Shown: positions 10,782 through 25,700 of the stretch, piece after piece
Position numbering within the stretch: the first letter of the stretch is position 1
Layout of the letters: each line of letters opens with the position of its first letter
Assembly (NCBI GenBank): GCA_040954595.2
Contig: CM082581.2
Coordinates: forward strand, 10,663,099 to 10,727,098
Reading direction: 5' to 3'
Length of the DNA stretch: 64,000 nt
Source: Balanoglossus misakiensis
Lineage: Eukaryota; Animalia; Hemichordata
Translations under genes and position numbers: made by a program
The notes under the pieces: generated by a model
What the model was told of the DNA's origin: nothing
What the model saw: only the letters and a program-made list of their open reading frames with translations
The model's database searches: none

Positions 10782-13700
10782 CTGAAGACTAAGAGTATTA
10801 CTAAACAACCTGGGACTGTTAAGACTTTCCACGCCCCCGGTACAGATTAATTTCAGAAAAATGATAGTCCTAGTAAAATGATACGTTTTACTCGTACAGA
10901 ATGAGAGACTAATATAGCGATTAAACCATTTTACCTGCTTACTGCATCGGGGACCTTGTAGTAATAATCAACAGTAAGGTCCATATACTGTTGACTGTCT
11001 TCTAAGATTCTTTCCAGTTGTTCCCGGAGTTGTGAAAAGTTTGGACGTTCGTTCGCAGAAGAATGCCAACACGAATACATTATTTTATAGCTATAAATAA
11101 TTGGAAGAGGAAAGAAATTTGAGAGTGTGTTGAAGGCCATACAGGGTGATATTTAGTCAGGATAAATTCAACAGAAACGGTGTCTTATGCTCACATTTCT
11201 ACTGGGCAGTTCTCAGGTTGTTCCATTCTGTGCCCAGCTTTCAGCATTTTCAACAGCTTCTTGCCAGTGATACCAGGGTATGGTGAGGCCCCGAGTGTAA
11301 TTATTTCCCAGAGCACCACGCCGAACGACCAGCTGAAATCAGAGAGAAACGTGGAACAATAAACACAATTGGAACTATTTGGTGATAATAGGATAGCCAG
11401 AAATCTTATAAATCAAGTGAACTCTATGAAACTGCATTTATATTTGTTGAAAATATTACAATTGCATTTTTACAAAAAAATAATCACGTATAACGCTGAA
11501 ATTAGACTATTTTCAAGATGTTATTATGGCAACGTAGTTCCAGTCGCGTTAATAGCAGCTTTTAATTTAAATCTTTGCAGCTACTTTAAAGCTAGATAAA
11601 AAAACGTACGCTTGCCATGTGTTTGACCAACTGCAGACACATCGGTTTAGGGGCAAGTGCGGGGGAACCGCCCACAAAAAGGTTTCCAACCTTCCGTATT
11701 AAAATCATCGTTTTTTCCTTAATGTTACAGGTTATACATGTAATTCCTCTTACTGAAATCCGAAACTAATCAGTCGCTTTAGAGGTGATTTCCAGTATCT
11801 CAGACAGCTACTTCAGGCGGTAGATGTCTGAAAAGTTACTTACGTGTGCACTCGGGAGATTATACAACACATGGCTATCAACTGCGTGCGCAGAAAGACA
11901 GAGTAATACCCCTTACAGTTAATTCGTGTTACACGCCACACTGATTTGAATATGTAAGTCAGTGGTCTATTTTATTTATCAAAGCCATTTGTATTCACTT
12001 GTGTGGATTCACACTCGTTCACAGATCTCAATCTATAAATTACATTTTCGGCGGGGACAGTAAATGCTAATGGTATTTTATTCTGTGTATCCACTGCAGT
12101 TTCTTGTTCCCTTTCATACATCATGTTGGCATACCCCGTATTCAGCTTTTCACTATGTAGCCTATGTATAAGTATAACCAGCTTTTTTTTATTATCGATT
12201 GAATTTTCGTCCGGACTAAAATTCAAATATCGGCAAAACACTCTCACGGACCGTTCTTAATAATTAATACTACCCACTCAGCCGACTCACTTGGCTCATA
12301 ATCAGGAGCTAAAATGCGAGCGCCACCAGCGGCACGATACCAGCCACCTGCCTTCGGCGATCACAAACGTGATCAGACGAGACGGGCATTCCGCGAAGCC
12401 AGCTGCATGTAAACCATGATACCCGTGAAATGTCGTACATACCGCGCTTCTTGGGAAAACATTTCACGCCAGATTGCATGGAAAAAATAAGAAATTGATC
12501 GAAATACTTACACGTCACTTTGGGTGGTATATATCTGATCAAATATGGCTTCAATGGACATCCACTTGAGAGGTAGTTTCCCGCCGGTTGTCTTGTGATA
12601 ATGGCTGTCCTCATAGACATCTCTCGCCATACCGAAGTCGGAAATTTTCACCACGTTATTTTCACACAGCAGGATATTTCTGGCTGCCAAGTCACGATGG
12701 ACAAATTTCTTCTCGGCCAAGTATTCCTGATAGTATATCGAATGAAAGGGGTTAGAACCTTTCAGCTACACGCCGATGTAGTTTACCTGTAACCCCCGGC
12801 GTTTAAAAATCATGGTTGTAATGCTTACTGCATTCTAAAAAGCCCCACTATTACGCTTGCCAGCTTAGCTTGTATATTTGTAAAAATTAGGGTAATTGTC
12901 AAAAATGAATCGGATTTGCTCTCATTCAAAATCTTGCACGCTGTCCCCATTTTTGTTCTCAATTTTCAGGGAAGATAATCTAAATTTGCCTTGAGCAAAA
13001 TATTAGAAAAAGTTGCAGACTGATTTTCGAGGCGCGGCCCTATGTTTCTTCAATCCAAGCCCTTGCTTTCAAATGCAAACGCCGCGTTGAGACCTAAATA
13101 TGCACATGCAATACTTGTATATGTCTTACCATTCCCATTGCAATCTGCCTTGCATACGACATTAAGTCTGCCGTCGATAGGACGTCTAACTGATTCTCCT
13201 TGCCTGAAGAAACAAAGAAAACGACATTTCAACATTGGTTGTTGCAAATAACATACGTTACAGGAATTTCAAACTGAAGCACGCAAATTGTTGTTTGCCC
13301 CAATTATTCCACACGACACAGGAAAATAATAACAAACAAGGCAAAAAGTTTATTTGATAAATTCATCAAAATGGCAAGCTGGCATGCACCATTTTCACTG
13401 TACATGTAATTACGGAAAGAGTCAGAAATTCTTATGATCTTATGATCACTTTATATTAGACGTCACCAACCACCACACGCGGTATGCATTTTCGTGCATG
13501 CGCAAATCTCCTCTACAGCTGGAAATAACTAAAATCATTGTTACCATAGCAACTTACCATTTTCCTCCTGCGATTCCTCTTGGTCGGACATGGCAGAGGG
13601 GTCATCGCATCTGCGATAAACATACTCACAGTCGCCTGTAAACGAGAAAGCATAGCTAACTGAATGGAGACATTGAGTAATGGTCTCATACAAGGAAAAT

Positions 13701-16700
13701 GAATATTACACATAAATGTCGAGTCACAACTTGCTGCAATATATGTTTAAATTATGCAGAGGGGAAAATCCGTGGCAAGTCGAGTATATAGCATTCTTGC
13801 GCGTGCCTCCGGGCAAGTAGAAACCGTAATAAGCAAGATAATATTCACAGTATTCCATCGTATGCGTTTAACAAGTGGTTCAGGTTACATGTCATATATA
13901 ACATGGTTCTTTTTCTTTACATTGGGTTCTGTTTGCCGCTTTCACAGTCAGCTCACGTAGACTAACTACCTTCTCATACATGAAAATGCCGTGATGGATT
14001 TGATGTGGTCATTAGCAACCGTTTTTTATGAACAGATTTTCTGTTATTCCGTCAGTGCAAAATAAAAAAGAGGGAGACCAGCGGAATTCTCACTAAGTGT
14101 TAAACTTCAGCTTACGCGCATGACTTGGCCTACGCTAAATGTCAAAGCGATACAAGGCACAGTACCATCGCAATTAATATATATTGTCACTGCGAACTTT
14201 TACAAGGTACACATGTGACACTAGTCAAATACATTTTCAATCAATCAGCAAAGTAGGGCATGCATTGCCATGTTACAGTCATTTAGGAGGAACTCGTATT
14301 CCGCTGCTGGCTCTTTGCCGTTTACGATATTTACTAGGCGAAGTCAAGATTTCGCTTGCCTTGCGGGTCAGTCAAGTCATTAGTAAGCATAAAGTTCTTG
14401 AACGCGGTGGGTGGATGTGTGTGCATAAAACCTACGGCCCATTCTTTGAAGAAGTTTTAGCGCGAGGGCAACTACCACTGCGCAGACCTGGTGCTCATAT
14501 CACGAACTCCGTTAATCGTACTGTGATTTAAACGAGATTTTCGTAGCTGATCAAGCTGGCGTAAAAACAAAACAAAGATTGTGATGCCTTTAAAGCCCAA
14601 GTGCGATTTTTTTTGGCTTTATAAAATATGATCTTTGTGGTCGCACAAGTTACTTGTGTATAGATATTAGGGGAGAACCATTTGATATCTGGAGGGGGTG
14701 GAGGTGTAGGTATGTGTAACATATACGTAAACCTGCACGAACATTTACATGTATGTATGTTGAGGTTGCATACCTATACAAGAACAGAATGGACTAGTAA
14801 ATAACCTTTTCGGATTAGTGCATTAAACTTTTTCCATGAGTGGCTTCAAAAGTGCTTCCTCGCAGCCCAAAGGGTCAACTTACTCGGTTGATTCGCTGCT
14901 AATTAGCACCAACTGCCTGGGGCTCAATAGTCAACTTGAAACCGTGGGCCTACATTGCAACATATGCTTTTGATGAAGACCTAATGGTTACAATGGCCGG
15001 GCGGTTTTCAGAAAGAAGCAATTTACTGTCACCTGAATGAAAGAGGAGCTATACCGAGCGTTGTTCTTCAACGCCATTGCCGTCACTTGAGAGAATGCGA
15101 CGCACGATGACGTGCACAGATGTACTAGAACTTGGAAAGCGGTCAATAACGATAACTAAAGCACATTTAGAGCACATTCACCTTTTATTATCACAAAATG
15201 TCAACCGAGGTGAAATATCGCATCCTGCATTCTGGAAATATTCGTTGCGTGTGCAGCACGTTCAAATAATTCCACGCGTTCCCAACGTTAATTAGACCCG
15301 TCAAGAAGAGGTAGACCAAGTTGAATTAAGGTAGTAGGCGCCCCGGGAACAGATTTTCAGAAAAAAATATAGTCCTCCAAACCAGTTTCAATTCTTTGTG
15401 ATATTAAAGCGTGTGGGGAGACATTTTGAAAACAGAAGAACACAGGGTGTTCTTGTTTTCATAAGAATCACTCATTTAAATTTTCTCCAGAGAGTTAACA
15501 CAGAGATTGGCGGCCATCTTGAATATCAAATCTGAGAAAATGCTGCTCTCCCATTCAAAATTTTTATATTCGATTTTAGGAGACAATAATTTAAAGTTGT
15601 CTCGAGCAAAATATATGAGAAAAGGGGGCAAGACTTAGATTTCTCAGGCTCCTACTACCTTAACGTTGATTCTGACTAGATACCATAAATTTAGGTCAAC
15701 ATGCCAGTGTACTTTTCTCGACGTCACCTCAATCCCCATCTGCAATTGCTGGTATACTGTTATACTGTAGTGTCGATGCTATCGCCATATTTTGCCTACG
15801 GCTTCATGCGCACTCACTCACTCACTCAATCGGAACCGGAATGGAGTTGAAATTCAAGAACGTGATCTCCTGTGTTAACAAGTTGCATTTTGATGTCAGT
15901 TTTAATTAATGGAATTGCGAGAGAGGGGCAGTTTAATCCACTTTAGATCAATTTGGAGTTATTGTTTCGGGGGACGAGATGACTTTTGACATATCGATGT
16001 GGTTTCGGGGATCCTTTTTAATAAGACGCGGCATATAGCTATCGATGACACCTGCATCTGATGTGTCAAAACCACCTCACAGCATTGACGTTGACTCGGC
16101 GAAGAGAGCTTTTTTTAAATTTTCGCTTGAGTCGCCAGTTAATCAAAAAGAGGCAAATCCACCGTAAGACGAAGGAGGGCGTACCTGGAGGACACGCGTT
16201 AGAGGAACGAGAAGAGTCTCGTGATCACCGAAGCCTTATTAGACTCAGATGGCAATCTGGGCCCCGGTAATCGATTTTTTAAAAAAATGCCATCGGCCCA
16301 CACCAGCGCGCATGACCACATGAAGACATGGAACGGCAAAGGGATAATCAAGGTGAAGTGGTGACCGGGGGAAAATATGATGTCCTCTGCGCTACAGTCT
16401 TGTGATGAGATTGACAGCTGCCCTTTTAGGTTATCGAATCTGACCGAGTTGGGACATCCGTACCATCTACAGTTTATTGCTGTAGAGATAAGGGTAATTA
16501 CCGCCGTCGTCTGCGCACATGCGCGGCCCTGCAACATTTATGTCACTGTTTCTTGCGCTAACTAGCCGAGAAACCGGAACGCTATTCCATTTCGGCTTCT
16601 ATGAACTACAATCATATATAGTTATTGGAAAGCGAAATAAACAGCAATTTAAAGGAAGGCATTCAGACTTCAGTCTGTGAATAATCGAACTTGCAAAATA

Positions 16701-19700
16701 GGCACGTTACGAGTCTAAGAGCGCGAATGGTGGTATCAGGTCACAATTTACATTTAACCGAATATGCCCACTTTGCGGTTGTATGAACTAGTTATGAGTT
16801 GAACACCCTAGAGCGATACAGTGTACCGTGTAATCACATTTAACATGGGATTCTCAATCTAATTTATGAATAAAAAGCGTCGGATGAAAACTTTGACCAT
16901 GAGCCTGAAGTGAGAAAAAAATATGTCATCTGTTTTATCACCCCCATGTTCCTGTAAAGAGGTCCATCTTCACTATAGCAAACAGCGGGTTTGGACCGAA
17001 CCATGATGGTGAACGGGTTACGCTCTGGAACTCGGGGTTTTACACCGTTCTCAGGGGAAGGTGTGATTGTGATATGTGACGTGAGCCGATGAAGCATGAC
17101 AAGTCACATTTGTGTCGAGTAATCAAACCCGTGGAGATCTGTTGATCGTTCACACACGCGTTTGCTATTGAACTCTAAATGGAACATCACAGACAAAAAG
17201 CCATGTATAATACATTGATTTGCGCAGTTCCTCGCATCTGTGTGCCATTCCAGGCGTACACACGTCACTTCCCATTTACGTCCGTGAGTGGCTGCGCATT
17301 GTCAGGTGTGACCTTCGGGCCAATCAAATTATTTGTTACAGTTGGGTTTCGTTAATGAATTTAGAGCAACCTGAATGTACCACTTAAGATTCAACTCCAT
17401 TGCAGTTCAATTTCAAGCGAACGAACAGGCATACATCAACAGGTATTACTATGTACACCCCTGGTAGTCCCACTATATGTCACCGTCAGTTATTCATGTG
17501 TTATTTTCCACCTGCCTCATACAATTTACTGTTGTCCTAATCACATTTCCCGTCCATCGTATCTTTCGCATCTCTCGTGTTCCTGCGATTTCATCACCAC
17601 TGTACTGTTTTCTTCTGCAGAATTTTATTCGTGTCATAATAGAACAGTCACAGAAAATGAAATCAGGCAAACTTACAGCGGATTACGATCATCGGTCATG
17701 CAATTAGGGTGTTTATAATTTTTCAAAATTTCCTAAATCAATTCTTTTAAGACACAAAAGAAACACTATACTGAAATTGTGCGTGATATCTAAAATAAAC
17801 TTCATATAGACGAGGATTTTCATTGATAAATACCTCTTTGGAGTGAAATGTTTATTATTTAATCGACGCGATTAAAACTACGTTATGTCGAACCTCATTA
17901 GCCGCCTTAAAAGATTGCAATATTGCTTGTTAAAAGTTATTACTGTTTTGATATATTCCGGCATTTATATGCAAAGACTTCATTAGAGTAACTAATCAAG
18001 CATAACTGTATTAATAACTTCAGAAATGGCCGAGATAATAGAACTTGTAATCAGAGAAAACCACTAATCCGCGAAAGGCGCAAAGGATTAGTATTATTTC
18101 TGACAGTTGATTTGATTATAAATTGACTCTAAGCATATACAGAATTGGGAAACTATGCCGTTCAGTTTTTAAGCTCGGGATAATTGTGTCCGAGAACAGG
18201 AGAAAAATCCATCTCGTCAGTTCCTGGCCTTGGAGAGTGGCATTTCTATATTCATAATAATTAACTGACTCTAAAATAAACGATAAAATCAGTTATCTTA
18301 CCTTCCACATTTTCGTGTGAATTATTTTCTCGGCTGCTATCGGCTCCGACGATCTTCAAAAATTCTCCATCGGATTTATAGATGGCATAAGGAGATATGG
18401 CCGGTGATTTCGGGGACGGTTTTTGTTTCTTGCTGCAATCTATAGATACGGTGTAATTTGGGTTTATAAAAATCTTACGCCTACCTACAACTATATAAAA
18501 ATACTATAACATTATTATTACTAATGCCAGACGTCAGGCAAACGCCCTGTAAATTGTCTCGAAATAAGGTTACTGATGGAATCTGATAAAATGTTGTCGT
18601 GGAAACAAGTAACAGGCTGGCTACTGCTCATACATTCAACATTTCAATGTACGTTGGGCACATGGGCGAAAATGAAATGTAAGTTTTAGTTAAACGCATA
18701 CTTGTTGTCGACTGTTGTTCTTGTTCGGATCTGCGCATTAGAGCATCGTTCTCGGACGGCACAGCGCTCTCATAGGCTCTCCCGTCGCCTTTATCTTGAT
18801 CGGAAGCGCTTTCGGTGTTCGACGTGGACTGTTTCTGTTGGTGGAAGACATTCATAGTCGTGAACACTGATTCTAAACGAGTCGTAGATTTGTGTAATAT
18901 ATACCAAGCTAATGTTAAAAATTAAATCAGAAAATATTGCATAAAATGGCAGCTATTGGGGCTTTAGTCGAACCTGAGACAACTGCGCCAAGACGGACAG
19001 AGAGGGCTTGTTGTCCTGGTCCATGACGTATGAATTTTTCTTGCGCAAAGACTTGCGCGGTGGACCTGACCAGTTTTCTTTGTCTTCTGTTTGTAACATC
19101 TGGAAAACAATAACACGAACACCGTTAGTCTTAATGTGAGGTACTGGGTATTGTGCGCCTATTGCGATTTGTTCATGATCACCGTTCACGCGGGTTTTAT
19201 ATTTGGCGTGCGATAATGAAACGAGGACTCGCGCCTTAGTTACGTAGAATCAATTTTAATTTGCAAATTCAGAATCTCTTGATTCGCGCCAATATCCACA
19301 GAACACAATACGCGTCACACACTCCACGCATCCTCTCAAAACATCCGTACACGAATGACGAAATTATGGACACTTGTGAAGGCGCTGCTTTTCATTTCCG
19401 ATTCTGGCTGACGTATAACATGTTACATCTTTGCCATTATCTAAATTGATTTACATTGAGCTGACGCGTGGCCTCGGAGACACTTTAATAATCTGCAAAT
19501 CACGTTTTTCATTTCACAGATAATTTTTTTGTAAAAGCTCATGGTCAGAAATGATCAGACTATTAGGAAAACAGAGCATGCGCGGTAGCAAAGCACTTAG
19601 TGCGCCGACGTTTGGAATTTCAAGTTTTGGGACAATTTCGCTCTCTCGTGCACCGGCAATATATAAGGATTAGTATTTTCAGTATTATCTGTTGGACACG

Positions 19701-22700
19701 ATTCGCATATTGCTCACGCTGACGTTGCTTATGCCTGAAATAGTTTTATTCAAAGTTGATACATTGCAATTTTAGAGTACGTCTGCAGGGCGGGATTAAA
19801 TCGATACAAATTCAGCATGTTCAAATTGAAGTCTTACTTATCCGGGGTAGTAAGAAGCCGCTCGGCGCTGTCATTTGAACATCCCGACAGATTTGGTAAT
19901 CCATGACGACACTGGCAACATTCAAAGCATTCAGTTTATTCCGTTTTACTGTGCATTAGAGGTAATGTGCGATTTGAAGATTCTAACGGATTCTGGCAAC
20001 CTGTCATTTGCAGTTTGGGATCAGCGATTCATCTATGAATGCAAACTCTGTCGCATTATGTAATGTCGTGTGCATGTAATTCGTGAGGAGTGGTTTACTC
20101 GTACAGAAGGCATTTCAACCTAGTTTTTGATTTCTAAAATGCACCTTGTCATTTGTCTGTCTCTTAATGGAACTGGAGAATGCGAAATCTCTAAATTTAA
20201 CCATAAGGACAATGTATAAACGCAAGTTCGAATGAGAGATCATAATTAACCAATGTCAAACTCTTGCTATTGCTTTAGGCCTACTGCTGGTTGCACTGAG
20301 AATAAATGGTCGGAATCAACTAAAGACGATCATTTAAATCCTCTTACTGGGGGAAATCGTCAGGATTTGACGGTTATTTATCGTGGGCAGACAGATGTCT
20401 GAATATCTCCTCAGAACAGAGCGAAACGATCTTGACAGGGGTACTCTCAGAGTAACAGAATGACATTTCCCTATACTTCAAAACAGTTTTTTGTCAAACC
20501 TGGAACCCGCTCTTGGAATAAAACGAACGGCGCAAAAATTCAAAGCAATACATTAATTCTTTACATCTTTTTTCACCCCGCTTGATCGAATATTCTTTTA
20601 AGCCTTGGATTTTAAAGTCCGATTCACCGACAAGGATCAGCTGGCGAGAGTAATGCACTCTATCGCCTTACATTTTGTCGTCAGCTTATCCCCGACATGA
20701 CGTCACCACTATATACAACGAACGGACATAAGTTTATTCGAAGCATTAAAAGTATTTCCACGGAATATGCACTGCTCAGGGTACTTCTAGCTAGAGGTAG
20801 AACGTAAATGATATCTAAAGTTTAAAGAGAAAATAACCTAAGCAAGACATATAATGCTTTAAGTTAAAGACGAGAAGCTCACGACGATGATGAGTCGCCA
20901 TAGTTTAGTAAAGCATTTTATTTAATAGTAGATCACCGTTAGTAATAATCATGGTGCAACAAACTGCACGGAACTAGCCACCGTGAAACACGAGTACGAT
21001 GTGTCCAATTCACGGGTTCATTTTATCCACGGTTGCCTGAAAATGTCGAACAGCCTCACCTGGGATGTTAGCGAACATCCCTGGCGCGTTATGAATTTGG
21101 CTAATTCTAAAACCTTGTTCGACAAAATGCTGCGATTAAGAAAGTTGTCAAAAACCGCCTTCCTGTCGACCTTATATTTCAGTGCAAAGTAACCCGTTAT
21201 AAAGACATGATTTACTTCCCGTGGAGGAAGTAACAAGTGGAACTGTACAGACCGTTTTATCGACAATTGGAGCCCGGGTGAACAATAATCGTTCTGTCAC
21301 GGCGCGCGAGGAAATAAACGTGGTCACGTGATCGCTGGTAAGAAAGTTAAGCACGTGTTTGACAAAAGCGCACGGCGCTTAATAGGTGAATGATTCCATC
21401 TACAACGAGTATTCAATCAACTGATGTTGTCATCATGCAATGACAGTCAAGTTGTAACTGCAATGAACTGGCACACGAGAAGTGGAAAATCGACAGGAAA
21501 TCTTGCAGTCTTTTTCGCGCCAAACCGACACCAATTATCGATCACTTGTGTCCTTCAGATACAAATACAACGCCATTCAGCATGACGGCACTTTCTTGTC
21601 TCCCCCCCCCCCATCGAGGAGCATTCGCTCTTTATCGACAACAAGGGTAAACTCTTCTTTGAAAAATAGCACGAATCGTTGACAGTGTAAGTGACAGTGT
21701 AATACTCACAACTTCTCGTACATTCCGTAGATAATTCCGAAGGTCCCCATAGGCGCAATACTCTATGATAAGACACACTGGCATGGACTTGGTGCAGCAG
21801 CCAATGAGAGAGATGATGTTTGGGTGGTGACCTATCTGTTTCATGACGTCGATCTCCATCAGCAAGTTCTGGCGATCTTCAGAGGAGGCGGTTGCTATGG
21901 TAACCCGTGGTGTAAAAAAATATAAGCAACACGGTGTTAGGCAGTGGCTTTTAACATTGTATGTCATCAATGTGAAAAACAGGCAACCAAGAAAAGGAAA
22001 ATATTATCCGCCGTCCCCAGGTATCTCGTGATAATTGTCATGCGCACACCCGATTTTTGTGTATGAAAGCAGTCCACGTGTAGGCCTACATTTTTTGGAC
22101 ACTTTGTGCAATAGCCGCGCCCCTCTCGGCACATCCCTTTTGACCATCCGAAAGGTTGGCCATTATTAAATTGGCGCCAAAGTACTATCTGACGGGCAGC
22201 AAATCTGGAAAGAGTCAGAAATTGGTGAAGTCATTTCACTCGAGCAAAAGGTGCCGCAAATTTTGGTCCAATCCAGAAGCCATTATCGTCACTGATATAA
22301 TAACAAACTGCCGGCAAAATAATAAAAGCCCGGGTGCTTGCGTCTGAAAACACATTCAGCACAAATTTATACACTGAAAGCCCGTGTTTTTTGCTGGCTG
22401 GCTTTTCGTTTTGCGTGGTAATTTACATTACTATTGTATCTTCAAATGTAACTTTTGTGGCGCTGAAAAGAAACTAAGTGAAACTAAACCAACGATGCCA
22501 AATCAAACCGGTGTTTATATCGCCGTGTTCAGGTTTCTCTCGTAGCTATGATAGGGTATTACCGCTCCAAGGGGTGCCAAGATACTGAAGCTTTGTAAGC
22601 GCCAGTCTGAAAATGTATGCGACTCATTTAGGTGTTCAGATCACGTTTTGCCACTGAAGTCATTCACGTAAACTGCATTTTCGTCTCGTTGCTATGCACA

Positions 22701-25700
22701 CACTTGAGCGCTGATGTTGCGCACGACGACGGAAGAGTCGATTTCTGGTACAGGGGCCGTACCACAGTAATACCGCTGTAATACGTACCACAGGCACCTG
22801 TGGTACGTATTACAGCACAATAAAATCCGACGGAGAAATAATCAGCGTAGGAATAATGCAGTCATCCTGTGACGTGGGGATTTTCAGACAATGGGCATGC
22901 ACGAATTCTCAGTGGCAGGATGCGTCTCAATCAAATAATTACAGCTGGCATTTGGAAAACAATTTGGCGACACGTTTCACAATGGCCGGGTCCCTCCGTT
23001 GACAGGATTTCGAAATATGTAAATGACAACCACAGTGCCGTTGTATTCAGCCGCTCACCACGCTTGCCGTGCAGTAATCGAACACCACTAGCTTTATGAC
23101 GGAAGCCATTCTTTACAGTGTTGATTGAAAAATCGTCTGCATTTGGTTTGTGAATGCCAATTTCTTAGAAAATGACTGCTTACTACATTCGTTTCCGCTC
23201 AGATAAACCCGACCAGGGGGAATTACTGTCAGCATCCATATAAGGACAACCGAATTTGATTACTATCAGGAATATGAATGTCATCATTCAGCCGACCGAA
23301 ATGGATATCATTTTTTTAAATCACGAACTTATCCAAAACAATTTTGGTTTCATAAGAGACTCTAGTCACATTTATCGCTTAATTGTTATCTGAAACTGAA
23401 TTCCAGAAATATTTTTTTCCATGCTGAGCTTAATTTGGCAGTGAATCCCACCTGAGCACACTACAGGGCCCCCAATTTCTATGATCCTTATGCGTTCAGT
23501 TGGCAGTCTAACCATATCCAAAAATGACAAAATCACCAAAATCAAGAAACTATCATTTTTGACAGGCTTCATGAGCCATTAAAAATATCCATTGCGCGCG
23601 TCAGAGCAATCGTTTTTAAAAAGCGTAAACAAATAATACAATCTCGTTTCTGATTGGTTCGAGCCACCTGGACTACCTGGACATGGTAATTGCCGTCTAC
23701 CATCCGGGCATTTTCGTAAAAGACAGCCACGCTGCTGCACGCCGACTTCATTTTGGTGCGGAGCGTAGACAACTCAACAACAGAGTTTCTGCGCTGTTTA
23801 TTTCCTGTAAAGACCGCGGTAAGTAAAGTAACAGAACTGGACAAAATTACTCAGTTATTGACTAGGTTATATTTTGGCGTCACCCAACCTGAGACGGTTT
23901 ATTAGACTATCGGTGTCGTAGCTCTTTAGCGGTGAGCGACCGTTTTGTACGCAGTTTCTCTGGACGAGAAAGCTTCGGTCAATAGGTAGCGGGTTCGCGT
24001 GTGGTCAGTTCGTTTTCGAGTGTGAGCGAATGCAAATTTCGTATTGTACCAGCCCACAATTGTAAAAAAACAGTGTTAATTAACCGAGTTGCCAAAGTGA
24101 GAATGAAATTCGAGGCAACTATGCAGATTTGTATGGTGTACCATCTGTGAATGAACAACAGTTGGTTTGCGGTGCCGGCGGACGTTTTGATTCGTGTTCA
24201 TGGATATAATAGACATTCACTTCAACGTTCTTCTGCTTATTTTGCAGATGCGTGGACCGGATGAACTGATAATATCCAGCAACCAAGCTGAGGCCGCTAT
24301 GCAGCTGAAACTGGGCGAGGCTGGTGCTTGTATGTTCCATGGCTGAGTGGAGACCAACAGATTCCATGATGTTACAAGCCTGATGCACAAGTAAGCCATA
24401 TTTACATGTACATTAAAGTAAGTGATATAGACATAAATAAAATCCCCGGTGGGCCCCATCCCTCTGACCGTCCGTTTAGAGTTAATATAAGGTTTTTTGA
24501 GATTTGTAATCTTTCGTCATTTGTCAATAAAAAAAACTATCAAAAACATGCACACACTGATAAAACTGGGAGTGGTTTGTTTCCGTACCGATCATCTTCG
24601 CGCGTGCGTAGGTCAGTTAGCCTGTTTTTGAGTTGTAATCTTTCGTCATTTGTCAATAAAAAAAACTATTAAAAACCATGCACACACCGATAAAACTGGG
24701 AGTGGTTTATTTCCGTACCGATCATCTTCGCGCGTGCGTGTGTCAGTTAGCCTGTTTTGAGATTTGTAATCTTGTCTTTTTCCCTTATCGAATAAAATTT
24801 TACTAAAATATCCTGGTGTAACCTGGGAGTGGTTTATTTGTACCGATCATCTTCGCACGTGCGCATGTCTGTTAGTCTGTTTTTGAGATTTGTAATCTTT
24901 TCTTTTACTCCAATAAAATTTTATCTAAATAATATATGTATACTAGTATAACCTGCGATTTATTTGGCACCCGTCACGTCACCCTTGCGTCTGTTTATGT
25001 CTCTGTTAGCCATAGTCTGTTATTATAGTAAAATAAGTTGTGTACGTGTACTTTCCAGATTTTTTTTTTGAGATCTGTAATGTTTTTCAATTACTCCAAT
25101 GTAATTTTATTAAAATTTTCATCTAGATTTTGGTGATTGTAACTTTTGTACTCGATGTATAATTTTAATTAATTGAATGAAATTACCTGTTACTTGCAGT
25201 CCATGTAGTGACCACAACATTTTTTCGCTGTATTTTATTGAATTTTGCTCATGTCAACATTGGATATTAAATTTACTTGTGTTTACCAGACGTCATAACC
25301 AAGACGTGATCACTATGAGAAATGTGTATTTTAGTCACTTTTTTACTGTTTGAATTGGTATCAACACGTATTGCTTTGTTGTATTTCATTCCAGAATATC
25401 AGCATGAGGATTTTGTTGTATGTTACGTCCACAGAATATATTGTATATCTTTTGTGTTTATTTGAATTCTTGTATTTTCAATAAAACTGGAATAATATGA
25501 AAGATTTAACTCGTCTCTGTGTCATTGTATTCAAACAATACTTGGCTTAAGTCGGTCCTTGATTTGAAAACAAAATCTATTCTCACTGATCCTAAAGAGT
25601 ATCCTGCTTGCATCAAATATAAACCTCTTTACCGACTTTGAATGATTCGAAAGATGCTCGTTATTGTGCGTGTGTGTGCGAGTTGTATATGCCAGCCATG

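Noticed and set aside
17510-17615. Possible additional kinase-insert exon
   Set aside because: It hits TGA in the phase required by the upstream exon. The 18302 donor joins 13635 in frame without it.
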